64,000 bases of DNA from Hemiscyllium ocellatum (GCF_020745735.1 NC_083408.1:16244484-16308483), one strand, 5' to 3'; positions 9,756-23,499 are shown, numbered from the stretch's first letter. Notes: generated from the sequence alone by a model not told the origin. Program-made: numbers and translations.

Positions 9756-12700
9756 ACATCGCTGTCCATCTGCACAGAGTGAACAGCGATTTTCTGGGTC
9801 ATCACGACTGGTTAATCCCACACACGTTTGCTGAATGATTGCAGGAATTGGATGTTGATGGGCTATTGACATCCATCTCTGAACCATGCATTCTGGGGTT
9901 TGTTTCTGGTGATGACTGGAAACACCATCACTCTTGTTATCTTATAGGGATAAAAACAATTTCAGTTAGCTTTCTGTTAAACGCCTGGCAGTCAAATCGA
10001 TTCCATAACCCTCAGGCAGATTAGTTTCTTTAGAAGGATTCTCTATCTCACCAACCTGCTCCATCCTTACCCCCAACAGTACAATAATCTCACAGAGTCT
10101 CTTTATGACTATGAATGAGACAATCTGATCAGCTGCTTCTTTCCCTATTCCTGGGTCAAGTTGGCTCTTCAATTCCCCTTGCTGCAGTTGTGATCCTGGA
10201 TCATTGTACAGTGTTGTTCGTATTTCCTGTCTTGGCCTATCAGTGTTCATGATACTGCATGTAGCTTCTTGTCACGGGCATACAGTGTAAGAGATTAGCT
10301 CTTTCCTTCCAAACACAACAGTAGTATTGTACTCCAACAATGCTTACAGAATCACGGCCCAGCATGTCCTCCAACTTACCTCTTACCATCAAACTAAAGG
10401 ATCAGCCCTCGTTCAACTGAGAGAATTCAGGAGGGCATGCTAGTAACAGCAGCATGAATGCCTAAAAGTGAGGTAATAACCTGATGAAGTTACCAAAGAA
10501 GACTACTTGTGTGCCAAACAGCATAAGCAGCAAGTGATAGACAGGGTGAAGCAATTCGGGAAACAACAGAACAGATCTAAGATCTGTAGTCCTGCCACAT
10601 CCAGTTGTGAATGAAGTCAGAGTTCTGAGGAGAGTTCTCTTCGAGACATTGATCAACAAGAATGTCAGACACATGGTGGGGAATCCTAGTCTCATGGAGT
10701 GCACATCCTGCTCCATGTGGGAAAACCAGGACATTCTTGTGTCAGGACAAACACAAGGATAGCAACACTAGTTGGACCACGGCTAATTTACTACACTCAG
10801 TTCGGAGTGTTCCCCACATTCAAAGGCGATGTATTCTCACCAGAGAGGATTGATCAGAATGTTTCTCCAGTTGGAGAATTTCTGCTCTAAGGAAGGCTGG
10901 ATAGGCTGGGGATAATTTCCAAGGAGGATGAGCCGAGGTTTTATTGAAGTGAGAAGATGCTGATTTCTCCAGAATATTAAACTCCAGTACAACTTGAGAC
11001 GTTATGAACATTATGAGACCTGACCTCCAAATGTCAGAATAAATTTATCATAAATTTATCATAAATTTGAGGCCAGTTGCCCCATCCTGCATTTCTTAGA
11101 TGTGATAGAACTACCCAGGGTTTAGAGCGTTCTGTACTCACCAATGAGAGCAACAATTTCAGACTGTGAACTCTGCCCTCTATGTTGTTATGATCTGTTT
11201 TTATATTGTATTTCTTTGACAGCTGCACACCTTGTTCCCTTGTTTCTTTCCCGGCCCTAACTCCATTCCCCGCGAGCTTGAGGGACTACCATTTCTGCTG
11301 TTTAATCTTTCCTGTCTTCCCCCGTGTGACAGACTATCTTTTTGTCCCTGTCTCACCCCCACTTTACTCATAACCTGTTACATTATGATGGTTCCCAGAC
11401 CTCTCTAAGTTGTACTGTATCCCCTGTATCAGTGGCTCGAGTTTGGAATTCTCTTCCTCCAGAGATAATTGGAAATCTTTCTGGTTGCAGATTCCCCCAG
11501 ATCTTATTTTCTAAAACGGAGCACTTCGGTCAGAGAAAATTATTTGTGAACTTTGATCAACAATTCCAAACATTTGGATGCAATCTGTGACCCTCCCACA
11601 GATGTGCAGCGTTACTGGTTTGGCCATGCTAACATAGGCTGTGGTGTGCAAGTTCGGTGGATTGGGTTAATAATGATTAATGTGGAGTTATGTGGGTAGG
11701 ATGGCAGAACAGTTCATTTCAGATTCTATGGGCCGAATTGCCTCGTTCTGCACACACGGGATTCTGTGACTCTAATTAGTTTTGATTGTCGTCACGTTTT
11801 CCTTATGCCAGATTTATTTAGTTCAGGTAGACATGTTGCCTTGGTGTTTGTGTGGATGTTCACTCACTCCTTTCCTTCAGTTTTACAGCAATTTCACACT
11901 GTACATGAGGGTGAGAATTAATTTGTAAATACAAATACTTCAACCGAAACCATACTCAGGTCAGGACCTGTTTCTGCTGCTGGCATCACTCACAAGGAAC
12001 AGGAAAACACAGGTTCAGTCATACAGGAACATAGCGATTATAATCACCAGGAAAGGCTAAACAGCTTAAAACTCTTTTCTCAAGAAAAGAGAAGGCTAAG
12101 AATCAACCTGTTACAAATAGGAAGCTTTGTGCCAGTATTTTCAGATATTTGAGGTTGAAATCATTGGGATGGAAACATGTTTCATTACCCCAGGTCAACA
12201 AAGGTGTTATCTAAATATGCATCTTTCTTTCTGTCTAACTGTCTGAGTTAACAATCAGATTGGTATGGGGTCAGTGTCTGAATGTTTTCCCAAATCCCAA
12301 CTGAATCGGCCTCCCCGACAATCTCAGGCGTCTCAGCACTCACTGGGTCACGGAGAAACTCTACCTTTACAATGAGAACTGGTTTTGCTGTCGCCTCACC
12401 TAGTGATTCCGCCTAATTCCCACTTCCCTTCATTAAATCCTAGCTGCCTCTAGTCCACCCACATGGGCGTTGTGGAAGAGCATGACAGGAAAATGGATTG
12501 AAAGCGAGAGTTCAACAGCCAGAATGAAAGACGAAGAAGTAAATAAATGGGCTTTGTCCCAGGGGATATAGACTCCAGGCTGAGTCTTTTGTGGGCATTC
12601 CCGTAGTAATACGAGATAGCATTCCATGATGAGAGTTAAACCCGGGTGGCAAGACAGTGTGCCACTGATCAGTAGCAGGTTTAGTTCAAACACAGGAGTT

Positions 12701-13429
12701 TTGTTCAGTCAGTAACAGTGTGTTAGACATGGATGTGAAGTGAACAGTGAGGGGAAACGTTATCAAAAGCTGCAGATGGACAACTTTCATTGGAATAGGA
12801 GGAGGTCATTCAGCCCCTCAACCCTGCTCTGCCATTCAATAGATCATGGCTGATTTGTGGCTAACTTGCAATTTTCAAAACCCTCAAAAATCATCAATAA
12901 ATCCCTCTGCAACAGACAAGATAAATATCAAAAAATCTAACCATCTACAAATGCTGGGAAATGAGAAACAAAAACAAACATTGCTGGAAAAATTCAACAG
13001 AACTTGCAGCATCTTTGGAGAGTGAACCTTTGGGTCCAGTGACCAGTCAGGTGACCAGCTGCAGCTGAACATTCTGCCTGTTCTGGAGCACTCTCTGGAA
13101 CAGGTTCTGGTGCGAGGGGAATGAGATTACCAATAATAACTGAGAAAACAGGAGGACGTGCTCAATCAGAATTAAACCCATTTTGGTCTTTGAATTTTAA
13201 TTCACCTGCAAACATTATTCATTATTATTTCCGAAATAGAACAATAGACCAGAAATCAACTCTTCATGTCATTGGGCATGGGAAACTGTTAATTCTGACC
13301 TGGCCAGCCTACATGTAAATCCAGACCCTAAATAATGTGGTTGACTCTGAACCAGCAGAATGGATGACAAATGCTGCCCAGCAACTGATGCCATGATCCC
13401 ATGAACAAACAAAACAATTCCAATCGCTG

Positions 13430-13620
13430 TGGTTACTTGTGAGCTCGCCGGTGTTTCATCAAGCTGGATATCTGAGTGAACTGCATCCTCCACACAGAGC
13501 AGGTGAATGGCCTCTCCCCAGTATGTACTCACTGGAGTACAGTGAGGCTGGATGGTGTCCTGAATCCAGTCTCACAGTGAGAGTACCTGAATAGTCTCAC
13601 ACCGGACTCCTGTCACCGGG
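13430..13620 (-). pseudogene. C2H2 zinc-finger gene remnant (terminal finger)
   Basis: Minus strand reads [11 protein letters not shown](frameshift)..[15 protein letters not shown]. Confidence 0.75.
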
Positions 13621-14925
13621 AGAGATGATCTTCACTATCCTGTGGGATGGTGGGTACAGATAACTTCAAGAGGGGTCTTGTGAGAGTAGATCAGGACAAA
13701 CTGTTCATATTCACGAAAGAATCAATAATGAGGAGGCACCGATGTAAAGGGATTGACAAAGGAAGCACATGTGACATGAGACAAAACGTTTTCATGCAGT
13801 GAAAGTTTATGATCAGGAATGCACTGCCAAAGAGTGTGGTGGAGTCAGGTACAATGAAGAGAATAGCATTGAAAAGCTACTGGAAGAGGACGAATTGGAA
13901 GGTTTATGGGGTAAAGTAGAAGAATAGCATCCGGTGAAGTGATCCTTTGGAGAGCTGATGAGCCAAACAGCTTCCTTTTGTGCACTATTATTTCTGTCAA
14001 CATTTCATTCTAAGCCCTCTTCGGAAATATCAGGGCAGGGTTTGTAAAGAGGTCAGATTGAATGACGGTCTCGGTGAACTAAAGTGAGACACAGATACGG
14101 AGCGGTTTTGGGATGGATTAAATCAAATGTTATCAATTTGCATGGCCTCCAACACTACAGCATTTACAAATGGGAGTGATCAAGAGAGTGAAATTAGAGC
14201 AGCAAATGCATCTTAAACATTTATGCAGCTAAAGGGGATGCTGGGTAAAGATACCACAGTTAATGCTGATTTCATTGCAGACACACCAGCCAGAGAGCAC
14301 ATCCTTCCTGTATCTGTCCTATCAAGCTCTTGAAGAATTTTGTTCATTTCAAGTGTTTCATTTTAGATGCTCCAGAGAAGACAGTTTCATGCTTTTCAAT
14401 CTCTCCTGGCCGGGCAATGCTGTCGTTAGAATTCAATTCACTGATGCATGTTACTGTCTGCTTCATGAACTGGAATTGGCAATTGAGACTGTAAGGTTAC
14501 TGTACATAATATCTTCATTTGTATTGCCAGGTTGCCAGACGCATTAAGAAAAAACACAGCTTAGAGGCATTGAGTGTTAGAGCACTTCCTGTTGTGGGGG
14601 AATTCTGTTTAGATACAATCTATTGATAATTGTTAGAATTGACTTTCACTGGTTCTGTAGAAGTGGTCAGAGCATTAGAACGGTCATTGGAGCAGGGAAC
14701 GAATTTCTCATGGGTTAAAACTTGTAAATGATAGAATAGGTGTGTGTTCTTCTGGTAAAGTGCCCAAAGATATTCAAAATGGTCCTAATGTATTTTCAGA
14801 AACAAGTGAGAGAAAGGCACATAACTAAGGTCATTGCATTAGTCCAAATTTAGAAATACAGGAGAACTGACGGGAGAGATAGTCTTGGGAATTGTAGTAA
14901 GGACAGGGAAAAACTTGTTTGGCAG

Positions 14926-15800
14926 AGAGAGAGAGAGAGTTCCCAGATGGAAAACTCAGCTTTAATATCACATCAACTGCACAGTCATCCAATTCCGCAG
15001 GTCCTGATTCATATCGGTAATATGGAAGGGTAAGCAGCATTCCCAGCCCAGAGAAATCATTCTCATGTTATGCATGCAGTCGAGTATTTAACCGGTCATG
15101 TGATCTGGGAACACACCATTATGACGGGACCAGGGCGAGGGTATGCAAAAGTGTGGATTGTGGGAAGGAAATTGCCTACCCCTCCCAGTGGGACACTCAC
15201 CGACACAGTCACACTGGGAAGAGGCAGCTCACCTGCCTCACGTATGGGAAGGGTTTTACTCGATCTTACATTCTGCTGAGGCACCAGAGAGGGCAAAGTG
15301 GATTTAGACACTTTACCCACTCCATGTGTGAGAAAGTACTCGTTCAAATCTCCCCCCATCGGGGAGAGGTCATTAACCTGCTCAGTGTGTGGGAAAGAAT
15401 TCACTCAGTGACCTGATGAAACACCAGCTAGCTCATTATGGGGAAAGGTCATTCACTTGCTCCCAGTGTGGGGAGAGATTCACTAAAATGCACAACCTGA
15501 TGAGACCCCAGTGAGCCCACACAGGGGAGAGGCCATGCAGATGCTCAGTGTGTGAAAGGGGATTCAGTCATTCATCCTGCCCCTCTGAGACCTCTGTGAG
15601 CCCACACAGTGGAGTGGCCATTCAGATGCTCAGTGTGTGAGACAGCAGTGGGTTCTCACTTGGTAGGAGCTGCTTACCTCTTTGTATACAAGGGATTTGC
15701 TGAGTCCTCAACATGACTGAGGGACCAGTGAGTGCACGCAGGGAAGTGGTCATCCACCTGCACCGTGTGGGGTAGAGTTCGCACATCGCTGCAGGACTCT
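14926..15800 (+). pseudogene. Multi-finger C2H2 (Kruppel-type) zinc-finger pseudogene
   Basis: CVDCGKEIAYPSQWDTHRHSHTGKRQLTCLTYGKGFTRSYILLRHQR, followed by several GE(R)PF-C..CG linkers broken by frameshifts and stops. Candidate acceptor TTGTTTGGCAG at 14925. Confidence 0.88.
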
Positions 15801-16020
15801 GATTCTGCAGTTACTGCTCTTCAGAGTCAGGACTGGATCTTGTACATGATGACACTGCAGGAGTGTTGAGTTTTGATGTAACCACATGAACTGGGCTGGA
15901 GTTGACTGAATTTATGGTGCCCTTTTCTGAACCTGAGGATGTCTCTCTAGGCAGTAAGTCTCCACAAACAGCAATGTGACAACGAGCAGGTATCATCTGT
16001 TTTGATTTAAATTGTGATCA

Positions 16021-16350
16021 CAGCATTGCTGCCTCACAGCATTAGGCACAAGGGTTAAGTCCAGCCTTGGTCACCGGCCGGTGTGGAGTTCACACACTCT
16101 CCTCATGATAATGTGGGTCCCCCTCCAGGTGCTCTGGTTTCCTCCCATAGCCCAAAGATGTGCAGGTTATGTCGATCGGTTGCGCTAATTTGTCCACAGT
16201 ATCCAGGATTGTGCAGACTAGGTGGATCAGCCATGGGAAATGCAATGTTACAGGGAGGGATTGCTCTGGATGGAATGCTCTTCAGATGGTCGGTGGGATT
16301 TGATGGGCCAGTGCTCTCCTAATACAATGCAGGGATGCTAATCTATGATT
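16021..16350 (+). mobile_element. HE1-like SINE
   Basis: GCTGCCTCACAGC...GTGTGGAGTT...CCAAAGATGTGCAGGTTA. Confidence 0.8.
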
Positions 16351-18309
16351 GAGGATAAATGTTACACAGCACGGTGTCCTTGGAGAAGGAGCATGTGGTG
16401 TGTATCAATGCTTTCTGTGCCTTAAGACACAAGTGGGAACTGCAGGGATAGAGTACTTTATCTCCACCGCTGCCCCCTCCCCACAACTCTACTTTGATTT
16501 AGTCCCTTCTCACTCTGTCACTTGTAATGGTTTGCTTGGCCCGTAATGGGCTTTGTTTGGAACTATTCAATTGTTTACACGGGTGGTTTACTGCTGGTGA
16601 TAATATGTGTAAATTAGAGTGGTGCTGTAAAAGCACAGAAGATCAGGCAGGATGCGAGAATCACCGTTTCGGCAAAAGCCCTTTTCCAGCACCTTTCTAA
16701 CCTAGGCTCTGTTTTCCAGCATTTTCTTTTCTCACTTTTGCCCTGCTGGTGATGATATGTTAACCAAAAACAATAGGAGTAATGATGATTTTTCTGGTGG
16801 GAAGGTTGCTCAGCTGTGTACCATAACACTTCTTGGTAGGAGAAATGGGGGGAAAAGAACGCTTCGCAGCTCACGCAACGAGAACTGAAAAGCAGTTAAA
16901 TCAAACCAAAAGTTCAGACAGGAAGGGAATATTGCCCTGGAATTTGAGTAACTGGGAAATGATGGTGTACGGGAATAGACAGGATTTTGTTTCACAGAGT
17001 GGTTGAAAGTTTCAAAACTGTCATATTCAGGCATTTTAATTTATTTTCTTTAATTTTATTTGTTGTGAAATAAACTTTTACAGCAGTTTAAAACCAAAAT
17101 TTACAAACCTTGTGTTAAAGACAAATGTTAAATAAAATCCATAAAACCATCCCTCACTGAAGACTGATGTGGAAGTGCAATCTCCTGGAGAATCCCCGCC
17201 CTGCCAACTCCTTCCTACTCAGGCTCCAGGGCTATACACATACCTGTGAAATAGGGGCAGGAGAGGGGAATTCGGCCTTTCAACCCTGCTCCACCATTCA
17301 ATGGGAAACAGCTGACCATCCAACTCAGTCTCCTGTTTCTGCTGTGCTCCAATCCCCTTTCATGACTTTAGCTCGAAGAACTATATCTAAGTCCTCCTCT
17401 GGTTTCGCCGACTTTTGTCCCAGTGATGTTGCTGTGTTACTGTGTGTGTGTAGACAGGGGTAATGTGATGGTGCTGCCTCCTGGAGGATGCACTCAGCGT
17501 CCCTCATCATCCCGAAGTAACATCAACCGGGTTTCAGCAACTAGAGATAGAAACCATTTCCAGGATATGGGCATCACTGGCTCAGCCAGCATTTTATTCC
17601 CCATCTCCAGTTACCCTTGAGAAGATGGTAGTGAGCTGCTGGCTTAAACCATTCGCAGTCCATTTGGCGCAGATAGACCGACCATGCTATGAGGGAGAGA
17701 GTTGCAGGGTTTTGGCCCAGTGATTTTCCATCATTGATTCTTCAAATGCTGGTTAACTTAATCACAGTCTGCACATGATTTTGAGATTTCAGTCTGCAAA
17801 TCTTCACCATCTAGCACCCTGTATAAAGGCATATGTACAGATTAGAAATTCAGAACAGACAATTCTAGTTTCTCTGGAATATCTTTTCCCCCTTTCCTCC
17901 CCCACAGCTGTAACACTCCAGCCCACTTACTCTCTCTCACCATTCTGACTCTGCTACCATCTAACGTACACCCTCCACATTCTCACTGAGATACTGATAA
18001 AAAGATCTATGCCACCACTTCCCGTCTCTGGTTATACTGTGCAAACTTTCTGGATTCTCTTACTTTCCCTTTAGCTGTTGCAAGTCAATAACGTAAGAGT
18101 AGAATGAAACAAAAGGAAACAGAAAGGGAGGTGGCAGATCCTGGACAGAAGAGGAACCTTAAGGATGGGACAATGAGTCAGATCATTCTTTATTTCCCAT
18201 TGGTCGATTCCCAGCATTATGACGAGTTGGGGATGGAGAGTGGTCCTATATGGGTGTGGTGACACTTTGACCCCCCCAACTGATCAATACTATAAGCAGA
18301 TACATTCCT

Positions 18310-18465
18310 CCTCCAGCCAATCACAATGTGAAATACTTTCCGCAAAGTATACTTCCCCAAAGCACATGCTCCAAAACTTGCCCACATTCTGTACATGTAC
18401 GGTGCTGAGTTTCCCCGCACATGTGTGGTCCATTCTACAGGGATTGTGGGAGTTGTACTCCCCAT
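18310..18465. promoter_or_regulatory. Decayed promoter-like region: NF-Y box and ZNF143/THAP11-like motif
   Basis: AGCCAATCA at 18315-18323. TTGTGGGAGTTGTACTCC at 18444-18461 (reverse complement AGTACAACTCCCA, one mismatch to ACTACAnnTCCCA). Confidence 0.35.
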
Positions 18466-18681
18466 GAAGCCACTAGAGCCCTGTCTCTGAAATGTGAATG
18501 AAAGGTGTGGGCTGAAGGGTGTTGTGTATAAGATCTCCATTCAGACACACAAGACATATGGGCTGTCACTGAGATTTACTGACATATCTGCTTCACAACC
18601 TGATTTCTGACGTAAGGAATATTGTTTCAGCCAACTGGGGCGTGGGGCGGTTAATAAGGAGGAGCAGATTTTAAGCAGAGG

Positions 18682-19010
18682 TGGCTCAATGGTGATCACT
18701 GCTGACTCACAGCTTCAGAGACCTGGGATTGATTCCAGCCTTAGGTGACTGTGTGGACTTTACACGTTCTCCCCGTGTCTGTGCGGGTTTCCTCTGGGTG
18801 CTGCAGTTTCATCACACAGTCCAAAGATATACAGGTTAAGTGGATTATCCATGCTAAATTCACACAGTGTCCATGCCTGTGCAGTTTAAGCCATTAGCCA
18901 TTGGAAATACAGGGAATGGGTGAGTCTCAATGGGATGCTCATTAAAGGGTTGGAGTGGACTCGATGGACGAGTATCCTGCTTCTGCACCATAGGGACTCT
19001 ATTCTATTCT
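18682..19010 (+). mobile_element. HE1-like SINE
   Basis: GGTGGCTCAATGG head, GATTCCAGCCTTAGGTGACTG, GGGTTTCCTCTGGGTGCT body. Confidence 0.8.
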
Positions 19011-19409
19011 TATGAAGAGGAATGTACTTACCTCAATGTGCTGTGAATCTATGGAATTCCCTACTCAAAATGCGTTGGATGCCAGGACAATGAGCAAATT
19101 TACTGAAGAGTTACAGAAGTTGAATTTGCAATGAGTTGAAGTGTGAGGGAGAGCAGATGGGAAAATCCAGCTGAGACCGAGGTGAGCTCAATCATCATGG
19201 TGGAGCTGTTTCGAAGGGCTGCATTGCCTCTCCTGTGCCCAGTGCTTATCTTCTTACTGTAATAACTGGAAAGCTGAATCCAAAACATCACCACCTCCAC
19301 CAAAGGAGATGTTTGGAAACAACAGGATAGTCAGATGGATTATCATCCCAAACTTAAATAGTGAGGAAGCATGGGGGAGATAATGATTTTGCAATTTTAA
19401 ACTGAGAGG

Positions 19410-19584
19410 AGTTAAAAATCACACAACACCAGGTGAGAGTCCAACAGATTTAATTGGACCATGACGAAGGAGCGATGCTCTGAAAGCTAGTGTGTTTCCA
19501 ATTAAACCTGTTGGACTATAACCTGGTGTTGTATGATTTTTAACTTTGTACACCCCAGTCCAACACCGGCATCTCCAAATCATG
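19410..19584 (+). mobile_element. Short hairpin insertion of a second PLE-related family: ~48-bp inverted arms around a mutated hammerhead; degenerate 13-bp TSD
   Basis: Arms AGTTAAAAATCACACAACACCAGGT..TTAATTGGA and TCCAATTAAACCTG..GATTTTTAACT. Centre ATGACGA-A-GGAGCGATGCTCT-GAAAGCTA-GTG. Flanks TAAACTGAGAGGA and TAATCTGAGGGGA. Confidence 0.72.
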
Positions 19585-20269
19585 TAATCTGAGGGGAGAC
19601 AGCGATTTATGGTTTTAGCCTGTGTAGTGCATTCATACTGTCCAGAATACTCTGTTGCGTATATCTGTCCTGTACTTTATTACAAAGCCAAAGTCTCTGA
19701 CAATGAAAACCAAAACACCCAGGTAACATCGCCTCACCTCGTAATCTGATAAAAGACTGATAAGTATGGTTGAATTTAGAATACAGCTGGAAAGCGGGAA
19801 GATTAAATCCACTACCAAAATCCTGTGCTTAAACAAAGGAGACGATAATAGGACGAGGCAGGAGTTGGCTAATGTAAACTGGAAACAAAGACTTTACGGT
19901 GGGACAGTTGATGGACAGAGGAGGAATATCAAAGAATGTTTCAAAGTGCTCAGCAAAAGTATATATCGGTGAAAAGGAAGGACTGCAGGAAAAGGAGTAG
20001 TCTGCCATGGGTGGCTAAGGAAGGAAGATGGTCTATCAATTTTAAATAGAAAGCATACAAATTGGCAAAGACCAAGGAGAAACCAGGAGAATAGAAAAAC
20101 TTTACAGATCAACGGAAAGCTGGATGGGATTGGGGAGGAAAAGTGATGAGTAGCTAACCCCAGGGCCAGAATAGCAGTTTATACTGCTAGAGGGGAACCT
20201 ATTGTTTTGGAAACATATGGTCTCTGTAATTGTTGAAGCACTTATCTGTTGCCATAGAGATAATCCTGA

Positions 20270-20395
20270 TCAAGTTAAAAATCACACCACTCTCCAAAAG
20301 TTTGAACTTCCAAATAAATCTTTTGGATTAGAACCTGGTGATTTGTGGTTTTTAACTTTGCCTACCCCAGTCCAACACCAGTTCTTCCACATCGG
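20270..20395 (+). mobile_element. Degenerate copy of the 19410 hairpin family, AATCCTGA TSD
   Basis: CAAGTTAAAAATCACACC ... GGTGATTTGTGGTTTTTAACTTTG...CCCCAGTCCAACACC. AATCCTGA at 20262 and 20396. Confidence 0.65.
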
Positions 20396-20749
20396 AATCC
20401 TGACAGACAACCCCACTGAAACTGAAGTTCCTGTCAGATACTTGGCTAAGCCACAGGGGCGTAGGGGAGGGATATGTGGCTTAACCACAAAGTGCTGAGC
20501 TGAACTCGACTTTTAACTGACATCGCCAAGGAGATAATATTGAGTGACAGCGTCAATTCAAAACCACAAACCACAAAGGTACAAGAACGTGAACGGCACA
20601 CGGGACAGGTGGGGCGTTACCTGATGTTGCCTGGAGCTGTTTTGCATGGACACTATCCAAGTAGCTGCTATGTCTCATCAATAAAGACTCAAAGAAGACT
20701 TCTGAGAGTTCTGTGCCTAGTTATTCCTATCCAGCAGGGTTTAGGAATA

Positions 20750-21460
20750 TGAGTACACTGCAATCAGTCTTCACAGTGGAGGATACGAAAAACATGCCAG
20801 TAATTGATAAGGAGTCTAAGGAAGATGTGGTCCAAGAAACAATCATTATCACGAAAGCATGAGAGCTGGGAAAACTAATGGAGTTAAAGGTAGACAAGTC
20901 TCCTTGCCCTGATGGAATACATCCCAGTGTGCTACCAGAGATAGCGGGTGAAATAGTAAATATACTTGGAATCAGAGTCCTACAGCAGAGACAGGCCCGT
21001 TGGCCCAAACTGGCCCAAGCCGACCAACATGTCCATCCATACTCACCCCATTTCCCTGCACTTGGCCCATGTGCTTCTGACCCTTTGCTATCTATGTATT
21101 TGTCGAAAAATCTTTTACGCATTGCTAATATACCCACCTCAACCACTTCTGCTGGCAGCTTAGTCCATATGCATACCAACCTCTGTGTAAAACAGTTGCC
21201 CCTCAGGTTCCCTTTCATAATATCTCCTCTAACCGTAAACTGATTCTCTCCACTCCTTGATTTCCTGGGAAAAGGACTGGGTGCATTCACCTTACCCAAG
21301 CCTCTCCTGGTCTTATACACTTCGAGAAAAGATTCCCCCCTCTGTTTCCACTGCTCTCAACAACAAAAGCAAATCCTCGTTTGTCAAACCGTTCCCTGTA
21401 ATTCAGACCCCTGAGACCTGGCATCATCCTTGTAAATTTCTTTTGCAACTTTTTACAGTT
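20750..21460. mobile_element. Two CR1 fragments in opposite orientation (+ 20750-20960; - 20975-21460)
   Basis: +: LKVDKSPCPDGIHPSVLPEIAGEI. -: GNCFTQRLVCIWTKLPAEVV. Confidence 0.8.
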
Positions 21461-21699
21461 TAAAAACTGAAACCTACATTGCATTCATCACATTTGCAGT
21501 GGCATTGGAACAGACGTGAAAACGCCAACGGATTACAAACCATGATCGATAATTAACCCCTTTACAACAATCCCGTTTTCATAGTATTTTCCATGGTGCA
21601 GGTATCCTTGTGTCTTTCTGGTTGCATGATTAATTTAAAACCTGTCCTCCTACAAAACAAATCTGTAGCTTAATTGCTCCTGGGAAATGTGCCATTTTT

Positions 21700-21948
21700 T
21701 AAAAAGACTTTTAAAAACAAATGAACTCACTCTCCACAGTCATCACGTTAACATGGACTTTGCTGTGTCTCAATATTTTTTTCCAGACGCACTGACATTT
21801 GAAATATTCTCCCACGGGCAGGATATACGCATTTCCTTCCAAATGAAAAGGCCAATGAAATTCAGATCGGCATAGATCAAGTAACCATCAAAACTGAACA
21901 GGAAGTTCAATTTGAATTTCTCATCCACAAATCCACACTTTCAGTACC
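21700..21948 (-). pseudogene. Decayed 5' coding exon of a shark-type C2H2 zinc-finger gene
   Basis: TTTTAG acceptor at 21949-21950. The ...GATCTGAATTTCATTGGCC..GGAAGGAAATG.. leader resembles those at 14990-15030 and 25960-26050, followed by the degenerate finger RGRIFQMSVRLEKNIETQ. Confidence 0.55.
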
Positions 21949-22192
21949 CTAAAACAGAGAAAACAGGTCACCACTGTTAACACAGGATGGATATTTATAA
22001 AACAATGATAGTATTACATTGTAGTTTCCTTGTTCCCCCAAACCTTTAAATCTCAGTCACACAAATTCTCTCCTCTGCGAACTGAAATCCAAACAATTTC
22101 CTCACTCCTTCCCACCTAACCCAGTTCTAACACTCTCTAATCTCTTTCAATTCAGTTTCCTAGTTCCTGCCTGCAGACTAAGATCCAAAAAA

Positions 22193-22465
22193 GGGACGGC
22201 ACGATGGCACAGGACTAGGGTCCCAGATTCGATTCCAGCCTCGGGATCATTCTCTCTGTGTCTGCGTGGGTTTCCTCCGGGTGCTCCGGTTTCCTCCCGC
22301 AGTCCAAAGACTGACAGTGCAGGTCAGGTGAATTGGCCATGCTAAATTATCCATGGTGTTAGGTGCATTAATCAAAGGGAAATGGGTCTGGGTGGGTTGC
22401 TCTTCGGAGGGTCAGTGTGGACTGGTTGGACCGAAGGGCCTGTTTCCAACACTGTACGAAATCTT
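22193..22465 (+). mobile_element. HE1-like SINE
   Basis: GGCACGATGG head, GATTCGATTCCAGCC, GTGGGTTTCCTCCGGGTGCTCCGGTTTCCTCCC. Confidence 0.85.
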
Positions 22466-23499
22466 ATCAAATCAATGAGTCTGACTCGGAGCCTCACAGG
22501 TGTTGATGAATAGTCCCCCACCTCCCAGGGTGGCCTTCCTGGTCAGACCCGCATTGATATTTTTCCTCCCAATCTGGAACCTCCTATTTATTTCCCCCAC
22601 TCCGACCTCGGATGAGAACCATCCTGCACACACTGGCCAAATCATATCTAGTTGAACAAAAATGAACCAAATTGGAACTCTAATTACAGGCCCACCAATG
22701 TACATTTCCATAACATTCCTGAATCTTCTCAAGAGTTTTGATAACTTTTCTGCAAAATGCTTCCCCATTGATACTTTGACCACTCGTCAGAATACCAGGG
22801 GAGGGGCCATTCCCCGGGTCCTGCTTTCAGAGGGAGGAAGCTGCCAATGACAGATTAATCCCACACACCAACAACCTCCGTGGCACTGACCCATGCTGCA
22901 CATACGCCAAGAATTGGCCAGCACTGTGCCCGTGCCCTGGTTTCCCCTCCTACAACACATGCTCCAGATCACACAGGAGCCTGGGTGATTGACAGCAGCT
23001 GCTGTCCAATAGAGTTGAGTGTGCGGGGCTGGAGGACTGGTGCAATGGGATTGTAAACAATGCATGAATGTGAAGGACACTGGGGGATGGACAGGTCAGT
23101 AAGAGACAGGAGCAGTGCAGCAGCAGGAGGGGATTCTGAACAAACTGAGCAATGGGAGATTCTGACAGGAGAGAAACTACAGGAAGGTTCTGTTTAGAGG
23201 CTCAGGCATGGACAGCTGGGTAACAGTATGGCCTCGTGGCTTGGGCATGTTTTCTAATCAGCCTCTTCAAAGCTGCTGTTACCCAACTCTGAACCCAATC
23301 CTCTTGGTCCAGAGGTAAAGACACTACCACCATTTCTTGGTGGGCTAGTGGAAAGAAGGGAAGATTTTCAGTCACTAACACAAAGATGGCGTACTTGAAC
23401 TTTATCCAGAATATTAGCACCTGTAACCTTGTGACGCAGACACCAACGTACAGAGTTAATTCCTGGATATTAATAACGGCTTTGTGTGCGAAAAATCAC

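Noticed and set aside
20160-20720. Possible ERV/LTR remnant with AATAAA near 20680
   Set aside because: No diagnostic pol/env motif, PBS, PPT or paired LTR could be seen.
21731-21948. One frame reads like a FERM C-lobe or MHC groove domain (FDGYLIYADL...ISCPWENISNVSASGKK)
   Set aside because: At the nucleotide level it matches the stereotyped shark ZNF 5' exon also seen at 14990 and 25960. The FERM/MHC resemblance is in another frame, with stops and no supporting exons.
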